From: Minisyncoccota bacterium
Lineage (GTDB): Bacteria > Patescibacteriota > Minisyncoccia > Phycocordibacterales > UBA9973
Direction: 5' to 3'
DNA: 64,000 nucleotides
Assembly (NCBI GenBank): GCA_031413715.1
Contig: JANOFO010000009.1
Location: forward strand, 2,718-66,717
The position numbers and the translations under genes were made by a program. Positions 49,409-57,846 of this stretch are shown here, piece after piece (position 1 is the first letter of the stretch; every line of letters begins with the position of its first letter). The notes beneath the pieces were generated by a model. The model was not told the origin of the DNA. It saw only the letters and a program-made list of their open reading frames with translations, and did no database searches.

Positions 49409-49652
49409 ATGGAACATACACCGATATTAAATAATGCTTCATTGAAATGATTGGAGCAATTGAAAAAGGAGCTATAAAATATGATGATACATGGGTAGAT
49501 CTCGTCGCTGTAAAAAATGATGAACTCGCACAACTTGAAGAAGGGTGGGGAGGTCTCCTAATATTATTGGCAGTCCACAGGGAAAGAGCTCAGAAATTCC
49601 TCATGAAAAAATTGTTGCGATTATTGTAAAACACTTAAAGAAGAAAATTTAA
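49409..49652 (+). pseudogene. Frameshifted gene remnant ending ...EEGWGG[S]PNIIGSPQGKSSEIPHEKIVAIIVKHLKKKI
   Basis: Early stop at 49448; a single-base shift after GWGG restores a GWGG-x3-IIGSP motif and a clean C-terminus. Confidence 0.5.
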
Positions 49653-49695
49653 TCTTTTAGTCACAGAAAAGACATTGTGACTAATAACTCTTAAT

Positions 49696-51801
49696 ATGAA
49701 AGAAAAAAATATTATTGAAAATAATACAAGAGAAGAGGTATATAATACGCTTAGACAGAAATTAAATATTTCACGAGAAGCGTTCAGTGAATCCGAAACA
49801 GTTTTAGGTTTGGTAACAGAGGAATTAAAACAGAGTTACGGAAAAAATTTGCAAGAAAGAGAGCAACTTATACTCATGCGCAAAATTGCATTGTTCCATC
49901 GGGGGAATGGTATAGCAGATGCAGTAATTATCGCCAAAACGATTATAGATACACCTGATCTATTACTCTCCAATGGATTCCCTAATCTAAAAACAGCCCT
50001 TGATATTGCCAAGAATTCTCAAAAAAAATCTGCAAATCAAGTATGGCAAGGTATATCAAACGAGACCAGAGATATGCCCACAATAGCTGAAGTTTCACTA
50101 GGAAACGGTAGCCATTATCTTGGTCGTATTTTTACAAAAAATCAAATCGCAGAGAATGGAGCTACGCTCAACACATGCATTCAAGGGAAAAGTCTTGAAA
50201 GATACTTCGATAAATCTGTGAGTGGTACTATAGAAATATTTTCGGTGTTTACTTCAAACTCTCATACTCCCATTACGACCATCGTATATGATTCTGGCCT
50301 TGGAGAAATTATGCAAGTAAAGAAACAAGACGATAGACTCCTTGATGGAGCGGAGCCATTTTTTGATGTAGTCATGGAATCTATTCACCACCTTGTATCT
50401 GAACCGAGCTATCGTACTGATGGTTCACCGTATTCGCGAACTGTTAAATATATCAGAGATATGGAAGATCTATCACCTGAACACCCGATAGCAATAGATA
50501 CATCTGGGGAAATTCGTCCGCTTGACGAAATGATATACACATCACCAGAAGCAATTTTGGGCGGTTCAAAAATAAAAGTTCATTCCGATATTAATATTCA
50601 AAAAATGATTGAGCTTACTGAAAGTGCACCTGTTGCCATTGATATGACCGAGGCGACAAACGAACAGCGTAAATCGTTACGAAAGGTACTCGGAACACTT
50701 GTTGATGACAGATCGTCAGTGAGCGGGTACGATTCACTGGAATCAGTTGGAGGCCAAATACTTGCTAATAACGCGAGCGCTGCTTCTTTCAAGAATCTAT
50801 CACATGTTCGACGGGGTTTGTACGCAAAAAAGGCAAAAGAAGTTTCAATACCTCTCTTACAAACGGTTTTAGGGAGGATTGATGTGCCTATGGCAGAAAC
50901 TCTCTACGCGCCTGAATTAACATTTGCGGGCGGAAATATAGATGCTTCTTCAGTGCAAGAGTTGATATTTTCAAAATTACAGAAAGTCGGGTGGGATATT
51001 CGTGCACACAATGCATCGCGAGTTGAAATGCCACTTGTCGAAGAAATTGGTGGTGAGTTTCAGGTTGAGCAAGCGTTAGAAATATTTGCACCATTGTTGC
51101 GCGTATGTCGTGGAATTAAAACTACGCCTCAAAGCAAAATAACAGTTCCGGATGCTATTTTGGTCTTTAGGGACAGCGGAAATGATGCTCAAGAAAAATT
51201 ATCTAAACTTCAGGAACAAGATCAAATATTACAAGAAAAAAATGCTGAGATTAAAACAAAGATTGAAGTGGTATTGCATGAATGGCAACAACAACTCCCT
51301 GAAGTAAAAATAATACTGGATGGGTCGCTAGTTTCAGGATTACATATCATTGACCAAGATACGAAAGTTATTGATGCTGATGTCCGAATATTGTCTGATA
51401 TGCCCATTACAGATGAGCTTCAGAAAAAGATTACATCAATCACTGGTCTTATATATCGCAAGACACATGACATAGATATTTGGCCTGATGGAGAAAAATT
51501 GGGTAAAGGTATTATGCTTGCTGAGGCCATGAAAATATTGGGGATTAATCTTCCTGTTGAAGTATGCGCTATGCTTCGTAGTAGTGCACAGTATATTAAT
51601 TGGGGACAATATTACAGGCAGGTACTTACAGAAAATGAAATTTTTAGTTATACTAAACAAAAACGATTACTGCAATCAGGAAGTGATGAAAAAGAATACA
51701 AGAAATTCAAAAAAAAGTATTTGGACTTGGTGCGAAAACGATGCGCTGAGCGTGGTTTAGTTGAACTGCCTAATTATGTATTACCTGAAGTCCCTAATTA
51801 G
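49696..51801 (+). CDS. Multidomain protein: PcfJ-like domain, beta-solenoid repeats, C-terminal pol-beta-type (GrpB-like) nucleotidyltransferase
   Basis: ENGATLNTCI...IEIFSV...TIVY...MQVK; about 22-aa LxxVGGxI repeats; LDGSLVSG...IDADVRI. Confidence 0.55.
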   Translation: MKEKNIIENNTREEVYNTLRQKLNISREAFSESETVLGLVTEELKQSYGKNLQEREQLILMRKIALFHRGNGIADAVIIAKTIIDTPDLLLSNGFPNLKTALDIAKNSQKKSANQVWQGISNETRDMPTIAEVSLGNGSHYLGRIFTKNQIAENGATLNTCIQGKSLERYFDKSVSGTIEIFSVFTSNSHTPITTIVYDSGLGEIMQVKKQDDRLLDGAEPFFDVVMESIHHLVSEPSYRTDGSPYSRTVKYIRDMEDLSPEHPIAIDTSGEIRPLDEMIYTSPEAILGGSKIKVHSDINIQKMIELTESAPVAIDMTEATNEQRKSLRKVLGTLVDDRSSVSGYDSLESVGGQILANNASAASFKNLSHVRRGLYAKKAKEVSIPLLQTVLGRIDVPMAETLYAPELTFAGGNIDASSVQELIFSKLQKVGWDIRAHNASRVEMPLVEEIGGEFQVEQALEIFAPLLRVCRGIKTTPQSKITVPDAILVFRDSGNDAQEKLSKLQEQDQILQEKNAEIKTKIEVVLHEWQQQLPEVKIILDGSLVSGLHIIDQDTKVIDADVRILSDMPITDELQKKITSITGLIYRKTHDIDIWPDGEKLGKGIMLAEAMKILGINLPVEVCAMLRSSAQYINWGQYYRQVLTENEIFSYTKQKRLLQSGSDEKEYKKFKKKYLDLVRKRCAERGLVELPNYVLPEVPN

Positions 51802-51841
51802 ATTTTTATGCAAAAGTATGTAATTAACTATATATAATATT

Positions 51842-54136
51842 ATGAAACCAGAAAATTCGCCTAATATTGGCATAAAAAAAGCTATAGAATATGTTAAAAA
51901 ACAAGAGGATATGCTTACAAAAAGCAAAGAAACCCCTATTGAAATTGAGTTTGAAGGAGGGTTATCTGAAAGTCAAAAAGCAAAAAAACATATTGTATGT
52001 TTCGTAGGCATGCCGGGTGCGGGGAAAACAACGCAGATAGAAGCGCTCCAAGGTTACACAGGTGCTCCAGTATTTCATCTTGCAAAAGTCGCTAAAACTC
52101 TTAATCTTGAGAAAGATGGTGTACAAGTACCAGTAGCTGATCTTATGGAGGAAAAGAGAAAAATGGGTGAACTTATCGAAGGGCTCGATGATCTCTTTTT
52201 AGCTGAAGTTGCAAACTCAAAACAAGGCATTGCAATTCTTGATGGATTTCCAAGATCACCCGACCAAGCCGCACATCTGCTGGCGTATGCGGCGAAAAAT
52301 CGATGGCACATTGATGTTGTCTATCTTGAATCAGATGTGCATCATGCATGGCGTCATCAGGTACGGAGAGCGAAAAACTCGAATGAGAATGTTGATTGGG
52401 AAAGATTCGACGGCAAAATAGATAGGGCAATCCGCAAAGATATTCCTGCTGTACAAGCTCTGAAGTCGGCTGGTGTTCCAATTACCGAACTCGATGCGAC
52501 ACGTGACAAGAAGGATCTCAAGGGAGAGATACGAGAATCCCTTGGATTTTCATACGAGAATCTTCCTTGGGAAAAGAATATTCTTGAGTACGGAAAGATT
52601 GCTTCACAGCGCTCTGGCGTTCAACTTTGGTTTGGCGCAGGGATGTTGTATCGTCCTTTTTGGAACGGAAAGTTCGGCCCTTTTCAAGAATCAACTGACA
52701 AAGACATCTTTGTCATGCGGAAAGAAGATATTGAATCGGTACAAAAGGTTCTTGAAGAGATTGCACCTGATATTAGGTGGTCAGTACATAGCCGCGCCGA
52801 AGAGAGTGAGGCGCATTTCGGACATACACCTACAACACTAGAAGAAGGTATTACACACGCACCCATGAATTTTAGAAAAGGTGGAGTTCGTATGGGACCA
52901 GATGGAAAGATGGAGGTGCTATTGTCACCTATAGTTGAGGCCGATTTACGAAATGGCATATTGCGACTTGATGATTCAGTACTTGCTTCCATTGATCAGG
53001 CGAAGCGAGAAGAGTATATCAACGATGCTATGCGCCGTATGCACAAGACCTTGCGTGAATATCCTGGTCTGCAATTTGCTGATACCACGCTCGCAGAGAA
53101 GTATGCACAAGTGACCGGTTCTGCTCACGCACCAAAAGAGCTTATTACTCGATGGGAAGAAATACAGGACGAGATTTGGGAAACGGAGACTGGGGGGCGT
53201 GCTCGATGGAATCCTGATTCAATTAACATTGAACAAGAAAACCTTATGAACGAGCTTGTTTCTTTTTATCGTACAGTAGACAAGAGTCCCTCTGCTCCTC
53301 CTCGACCAAAGAAATCTATCATGCCTGTATTGATTGAAGATTTGCGTGTACGAAATATTACTGACAAGGTTCAGCCTCCCGAGGGATACGAATCATGGCT
53401 CCAGTATGTTATCCGCGAAGCAACTGACGCGGAGTTTTGCGAATGGCTTTTGAATCAGACTCGAAGCAGACAGCCGATTGGGGGGCGTGATCAAGATCTA
53501 TCGGGAATACTGACCTTTTCGCGAGAAAAAGAGCAAGAAATTGGAGTACAGACGCAGGAGCAGAAACGGTCGCATCTCGGATTTACACTCGACCAACACT
53601 TACTCGAATCGGCTTTGCAATTACATACAGATGAACTCGAAGAATTACTCAAGTCTTTTCCAGTAATTCCATTGCAGTTTAGAGATGTACGTGCTTCCTT
53701 ACGCATGGGTATGCTCTATCACGACATCGGAAAATTGTACAATGTGCATACGCCTGGCTCCCATGAAGGAGTCGGAGCAAAAATGTGGAATCGCTTAAAA
53801 CCGTCATGGATATCAGACGAACAAGCAAGCCTTGCAGAATGGATTATTCGAACTCACGACGTATTCGGAAGGTTGGCGCGTGGCATTACAGAAAAGGAAA
53901 ATAAATCGCTTGAAGATAATAGTTTCAACCCAATGGCAACCCCATCTTATCAGGGAGCACTTGATCCCCATGAAGCCTTGGGTGAACTAGAGCGACTTGG
54001 TTACCCGAGGGATCTAGTGATAGCTCTGCATAAAATAGCGTGGACTGCGGATGTAAGTTCAGTCTCGGCACTCAGATGGATTTTACCGGCAGCAGACATC
54101 CTAGAGAAAATCGTTATACAAGAAACAAAAAAATAG
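51842..54136 (+). CDS. Adenylate-kinase-like P-loop + DUF925-like nucleotidyltransferase + HD domain fusion
   Basis: GMPGAGKTT and LDGFPR; FGAGMLYRPFWN...TDKDIF...WSVH; LYHDIGK...HEGVGA. Confidence 0.7.
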   Translation: MKPENSPNIGIKKAIEYVKKQEDMLTKSKETPIEIEFEGGLSESQKAKKHIVCFVGMPGAGKTTQIEALQGYTGAPVFHLAKVAKTLNLEKDGVQVPVADLMEEKRKMGELIEGLDDLFLAEVANSKQGIAILDGFPRSPDQAAHLLAYAAKNRWHIDVVYLESDVHHAWRHQVRRAKNSNENVDWERFDGKIDRAIRKDIPAVQALKSAGVPITELDATRDKKDLKGEIRESLGFSYENLPWEKNILEYGKIASQRSGVQLWFGAGMLYRPFWNGKFGPFQESTDKDIFVMRKEDIESVQKVLEEIAPDIRWSVHSRAEESEAHFGHTPTTLEEGITHAPMNFRKGGVRMGPDGKMEVLLSPIVEADLRNGILRLDDSVLASIDQAKREEYINDAMRRMHKTLREYPGLQFADTTLAEKYAQVTGSAHAPKELITRWEEIQDEIWETETGGRARWNPDSINIEQENLMNELVSFYRTVDKSPSAPPRPKKSIMPVLIEDLRVRNITDKVQPPEGYESWLQYVIREATDAEFCEWLLNQTRSRQPIGGRDQDLSGILTFSREKEQEIGVQTQEQKRSHLGFTLDQHLLESALQLHTDELEELLKSFPVIPLQFRDVRASLRMGMLYHDIGKLYNVHTPGSHEGVGAKMWNRLKPSWISDEQASLAEWIIRTHDVFGRLARGITEKENKSLEDNSFNPMATPSYQGALDPHEALGELERLGYPRDLVIALHKIAWTADVSSVSALRWILPAADILEKIVIQETKK

Positions 54137-54203
54137 TTTAAAAATCATAAATATATAGAGAGTTGATTATTATTAATAAATTTATCACAATATAAAAGAA
54201 ATT

Positions 54204-55508
54204 ATGAAAACTCCTGACCAACCAAACACTAATACCCGAGAACTACAACCACTAACTGGTCGTGAAGGTATTGATATGTTAAAAGCATCATCTGCAAAAG
54301 TGTCTGGCATTAGTTTGGTTGATTTTCTGAAAACTTCTGAAGGCAAAGAGGCCATGAAGCAAAAGAAAATCGTACTCGCTGGCCCCCCTCGTTCCGGTAA
54401 ATCTTGCCTACGGCAAGGATTAAAGGATGCCATAAAGCAAATAAGCAATGGTGACGTGTATCCTTATGTTTTGACAGCATGTCCTGATGGCGAGGGTGCA
54501 TGGTTCCAAGAATCAATGAACAATGATCCTATCCTGGCAGCCAAACTAAAAGCAGACTACAAATCAAAATTTACTCCAGAGTTCGTGGAAAGAATTACAA
54601 AATCTGTAGAAAATTTATCACTTCCGCTTAGTTTTGTTGATATAGGAGGTATGACTACTCCAGAGAATGAACAAATTTGCAAACACACAAATGGCGCTAT
54701 ACTACTTTGTGGCGAGACAGCAACTAAGAACGACGCCCCAGCTGAATGGAAAATTTTTTTTACAAAACTCGGTATTCCAATTATTGCTGAAGTTTATTCA
54801 GACTATAAAGGTATAGAAGATATAGTTGATGGAACTGGAGGAGATGGTGTGTTTAGAGGTTCTATACACCATCTTGAACGAGGTGAACCTCTTTTAAACA
54901 GAGAAACCATTAGAGCGTTAGGTAGTTTCATAATTAATCTTGGGAAAGAAATAGATGATACATTGAACATAACACATACAGTAAAACAGCTACAGGGTGC
55001 AGGAATAGATATAACAAATTGGGGTAAGGGAGGAACAAAAACTGTAGAACAATTACATAAGGAAATTCAAGACGAAGAGACCATTTTAGTTCAGGGTGAA
55101 CGCGGAGAGCTTTTAAGGAAAGTCATTGTAGGTGGTGGCGATATTTATTACACCTCGCCTGAAGGAAAAAAATATCGCTTGATCGAAGAAAAACAGGTTT
55201 TTGCCAATGGTAGTGAAAGAAGAAGAAACTTGGGACACGCTGTATCAGAAAAACTAAAGCACGGCGAAGATATAAAAGAAGCAATGATCCGTGGTATTAG
55301 TGAAGAGCTCGGCATCTCGGGAGATATATCTTTAGAAGAAGTAAAAACCCATGAAGAAATTCTATCCTCTCCTAGTTACCCTGGCTTAAGATCGCAATAC
55401 ATACTACCGGAGTTTAAGATACTCCTAACTCAAGAACAGTTTAAGCCAGAGGGCTATATTGAAACACAATCAGACAAGAGCACTTACTTTATTTGGAAAG
55501 AAATTTAA
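54204..55508 (+). CDS. Csx3-associated-type P-loop (AAA) ATPase fused to NUDIX-like domain
   Basis: KIVLAGPPRSGKS...YVLTACPDGEGAW...VDIGG; C-terminal EKLKHGEDIKEAMIRGISEELGI. Confidence 0.75.
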   Translation: MKTPDQPNTNTRELQPLTGREGIDMLKASSAKVSGISLVDFLKTSEGKEAMKQKKIVLAGPPRSGKSCLRQGLKDAIKQISNGDVYPYVLTACPDGEGAWFQESMNNDPILAAKLKADYKSKFTPEFVERITKSVENLSLPLSFVDIGGMTTPENEQICKHTNGAILLCGETATKNDAPAEWKIFFTKLGIPIIAEVYSDYKGIEDIVDGTGGDGVFRGSIHHLERGEPLLNRETIRALGSFIINLGKEIDDTLNITHTVKQLQGAGIDITNWGKGGTKTVEQLHKEIQDEETILVQGERGELLRKVIVGGGDIYYTSPEGKKYRLIEEKQVFANGSERRRNLGHAVSEKLKHGEDIKEAMIRGISEELGISGDISLEEVKTHEEILSSPSYPGLRSQYILPEFKILLTQEQFKPEGYIETQSDKSTYFIWKEI

Positions 55509-55513
55509 TCAAC

Positions 55514-56287
55514 TTATTCTGGATACTGATTTATAGGATATTTATTCCAGAGAGTGTCAAACAGCATATCAAAAGTTTTTCTAATATTTTGATCTTCTAT
55601 GATGGTAGTAATCATGCAATCTGCGAAAGAACTAAGCGCAACTTTATTTCCGTAAACGATAACCTGCGCCGGATTATTCAATTCCGTACGTGGCACTCGT
55701 TTTCTCTCAGTTAAATATTTTTCATCTTCTGCTTTGGAAATTGTACTGGGAGTGTTCTTGATTGGCACAATAAGTTTTATCTTAATACCAATTTCTCTTA
55801 ATGCTTCTCGATTTTTTGACCAAATTGGAATTACTTCTTCAGCATTATTATCAAGTGGAGAGCGGATCAGTTTAATATCAGACTTCGTGTGTAGTATGTC
55901 TTTATTTAGAATCTTCAATCCCTCTAGCCCTTCATAGAAACGCACCGTTGGTTTTCCGCATGCGAGATTAAACTGTGCTCCAAGTGTGCTAACCGCTTCA
56001 TGCAGAGCTTGGTCGGCAAGTTTTAAATCTTCTTCTTTTCTTTTTACTAGAGTGTGAAGTTTTGAAGGATGGAGTGCGGTGAAAGTACTAACTGATCCGG
56101 GGACAGTGCTTTCAATTATTAAACCTAATTCAACGAGTTGTTTTAGTATTTTATATACCAAACTGCGATTAACTCTACTTTCTAGAGCTATTTTTCTTGC
56201 CGGTAAAGCACCCGAAGAAACTAAAGATAAATATACTTTTGCCTGTTCAAGATTTAAACCAACTTGTTCTAGTAATTTTGTGCTCAT
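55514..56287 (-). CDS. TrmB-family transcriptional regulator
   Basis: GLNLEQAKVYLSL...IALESRVNRSLVYKILKQLVELGL; VRFYEGLEGL; IVYGNKVAL. Confidence 0.88.
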   Translation of the reverse strand: MSTKLLEQVGLNLEQAKVYLSLVSSGALPARKIALESRVNRSLVYKILKQLVELGLIIESTVPGSVSTFTALHPSKLHTLVKRKEEDLKLADQALHEAVSTLGAQFNLACGKPTVRFYEGLEGLKILNKDILHTKSDIKLIRSPLDNNAEEVIPIWSKNREALREIGIKIKLIVPIKNTPSTISKAEDEKYLTERKRVPRTELNNPAQVIVYGNKVALSSFADCMITTIIEDQNIRKTFDMLFDTLWNKYPINQYPE

Positions 56288-56398
56288 AAATTGTTTTTTC
56301 TACATAACAATAATAGCCTTATATTATCATAGTGGTATATAAGCTGTCAAATTTGCGTAAATATATCCTTATTTATATAGGTATTTATAAAATAATGC

Positions 56399-56427
56399 TT
56401 GACATTTAGAACTCAATATGCTATACT
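56399..56427 (+). promoter_or_regulatory. Consensus promoter TTGACA-17-TATACT with extended TG
   Basis: TTGACA 56399-56404; TGC TATACT 56419-56427; divergent TTGACA for trmB at 56345-56350 (-). Confidence 0.8.
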
Positions 56428-56442
56428 TATCCTAGTTAAGTT

Positions 56443-56455
56443 AGTTCTTTAAAAA
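56443..56455 (+). promoter_or_regulatory. boxA-like element AGTTCTTTAAAAA
   Basis: Same position relative to promoter as 16307-16318. Confidence 0.55.
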
Positions 56456-56480
56456 TAACCATAGTTATCGGGAGGTGAAC

Positions 56481-56579
56481 ATGAACGCAATAAATTTTGT
56501 TTTCATATCCACCTTCCGATTCACGGATAGTGAAAAACAATCCGCCGGTGATTGGTCCGGCAAAAATTATGTTAAATGA
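56481..56579 (+). CDS. 32-aa leader ORF coupled to csx3
   Basis: GGAGGTG SD 3 nt before ATG; TGA overlaps csx3 ATG (ATGA). Confidence 0.45.
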   Translation: MNAINFVFISTFRFTDSEKQSAGDWSGKNYVK

Positions 56580-56881
56580 AATATTTTAATATAAATCTTG
56601 AGGGCGATACCCTTAAGATAGGGTTTGGTCAACCTGCCCAAAATGATCAAATTGTTTCCGAGGTTATCGAGACCTTAGAAGCAATGAAAACCTCCGGGGA
56701 GCTTGCTGGAGGAAAACTGGTAAAAATTAACGGGCCGGCAAGCCTGCCAGTAGCGATGGCAATAGGCCATGCCGTCGCCCATCTCTATGAGGTGGTGGCC
56801 TGCTTCGACCCGAAGCTGGCCAAGTATGTGGTTGCCGTTTCGCACGGCGTAGACCACAGGCCAGGCGACCTGATTGATTAA
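56576..56881 (+). CDS. csx3: Csx3 (Crn3) family ring nuclease-like protein
   Basis: GGKLVKINGPASLPVAMAIGHAVAHLYEVVACFDPKLAKYVVAVSHG matches the Csx3 NG..P...H...H...FDPKL..VVV.SH pattern. Confidence 0.85.
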   Translation: MKYFNINLEGDTLKIGFGQPAQNDQIVSEVIETLEAMKTSGELAGGKLVKINGPASLPVAMAIGHAVAHLYEVVACFDPKLAKYVVAVSHGVDHRPGDLID

Positions 56882-57071
56882 AAGATCAAGTTCGCCGGAG
56901 GGAGTTTAAATATTCTCCTAAGTTCCGTAAATTCGGAATACTGAACAAAATATTTTATTTGTCCCCGTATATCTAAAATAAGAAGGACTTATTTTAAGAA
57001 AATGGAGAGCCATGAGGGAGCAGAACCTCTATCGATCTTGGGGGATGAATAATTTATTTATCTCATTCCCC
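56882..57071 (+). ncRNA. Structured 3'-UTR / candidate ncRNA (multi-hairpin)
   Basis: aagatc/gatctt closing helix enclosing ggag/ctcc, ttccg/cggaa, acaaa/tttgt, taaaataag/cttatttta, gagg/cctc; then gggga..tga/tca..tcccc. Confidence 0.5.
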
Positions 57072-57072
57072 A

Positions 57073-57123
57073 GCTTTCACAAGATGCGTATCTTGTCTGA
57101 TGAGTCCAAAAGGACGAAAAAGC
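57073..57123 (+). ncRNA. Type III hammerhead ribozyme
   Basis: GCUUU-C^ACAAGAU-gcgu-AUCUUGU-CUGAUGA-GUCC-aaaa-GGAC-GAA-AAAGC: all core residues and three stems; UUC cleavage after 57078. Confidence 0.92.
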
Positions 57124-57139
57124 ATATAAAAACTTTTGT

Positions 57140-57173
57140 AATTAAAAAACCACCTTACGGTGGTTTTTTAATT
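57140..57173. terminator. Intrinsic terminator
   Basis: aattaaaaaaccacc-ttac-ggtggttttttaatt. Confidence 0.85.
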
Positions 57174-57312
57174 CATATAGTATTTTAAATTTTGCCCATC
57201 GCCCCATACCAAATTTAAATTCCCCCGCCAAACAAAGCTAGAATTAAAAGCAATGGGGTGAGGGCGGATGCACCGAAGGCGCATGGCGGAGTTCATTGGG
57301 TGTTGATTGCGG

Positions 57313-57385
57313 AGCCGCCTCCCAGACTCGAACTGGGGACCCTCACTTTACAAAAGTGTAGCTCTACCAACTGAGCTAAGGCGGC
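57313..57385 (-). tRNA. tRNA-Thr (TGT)
   Basis: GCCGCCTTAGCTCAGTTGGTAGAGC...TT-TGT-AA...GTTCGAGT...GGCGGCT cloverleaf; CCA not fully encoded. Confidence 0.93.
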
Positions 57386-57430
57386 ATACTAATTTTCTTC
57401 TTCTTTCAAACTTCAATTATTAATTACTCT

Positions 57431-57832
57431 TTATTCGTGTTCTTCTTTCACTTTCTCCTTGACCCTTCTTATCTTGGCTTTTGATTCCAGTATCGCTTTA
57501 CGGAAAAACGAAGGTCTCCTTGGAGTATCGGGGGATTCTGGCTTCCTTTTTAAGTAAGCATTTACCTTTGGCCAACTATCAGCAATCTTCTTCTTTGTCT
57601 TAGTTGTCAATATAAACCAGTATTTTACAATAACGAGCACGATATTCTGAACCACGTGCTTGATGAAATATAACATACTTTTCTCCACATGTCTAAACGA
57701 TAGATCTGGTAGGGGACTCTCCGTATACTCCGGTAATTTTACTCTCTCGGTGCGGAGTTCCCATGCCCGAAATACGAGCATTCCAAATGCTACGATAATC
57801 GCGACAATAAAGATAATGAAAATTATAAGCAT
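57431..57832 (-). CDS. Hypothetical membrane protein
   Basis: N-terminal TM, basic C-terminus; follows tsf. Confidence 0.7.
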   Translation of the reverse strand: MLIIFIIFIVAIIVAFGMLVFRAWELRTERVKLPEYTESPLPDLSFRHVEKSMLYFIKHVVQNIVLVIVKYWFILTTKTKKKIADSWPKVNAYLKRKPESPDTPRRPSFFRKAILESKAKIRRVKEKVKEEHE

Positions 57833-57846
57833 AATATTTAGAGCTA

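Noticed and set aside
56556-56899. tccggcaaa / ttcgccgga pairing enclosing csx3
   Set aside because: Only 6 contiguous pairs, and it competes with a local hairpin; too weak to claim
57004-57071. Group II intron domain V/VI (gagagcc...ggggg)
   Set aside because: Lacks the paired AGC...GNRA...AC-bulge DV stem; no RT/maturase nearby
56882-57310. CRISPR array near csx3
   Set aside because: No repeated 25-40 nt units with spacers; the hairpins differ in sequence
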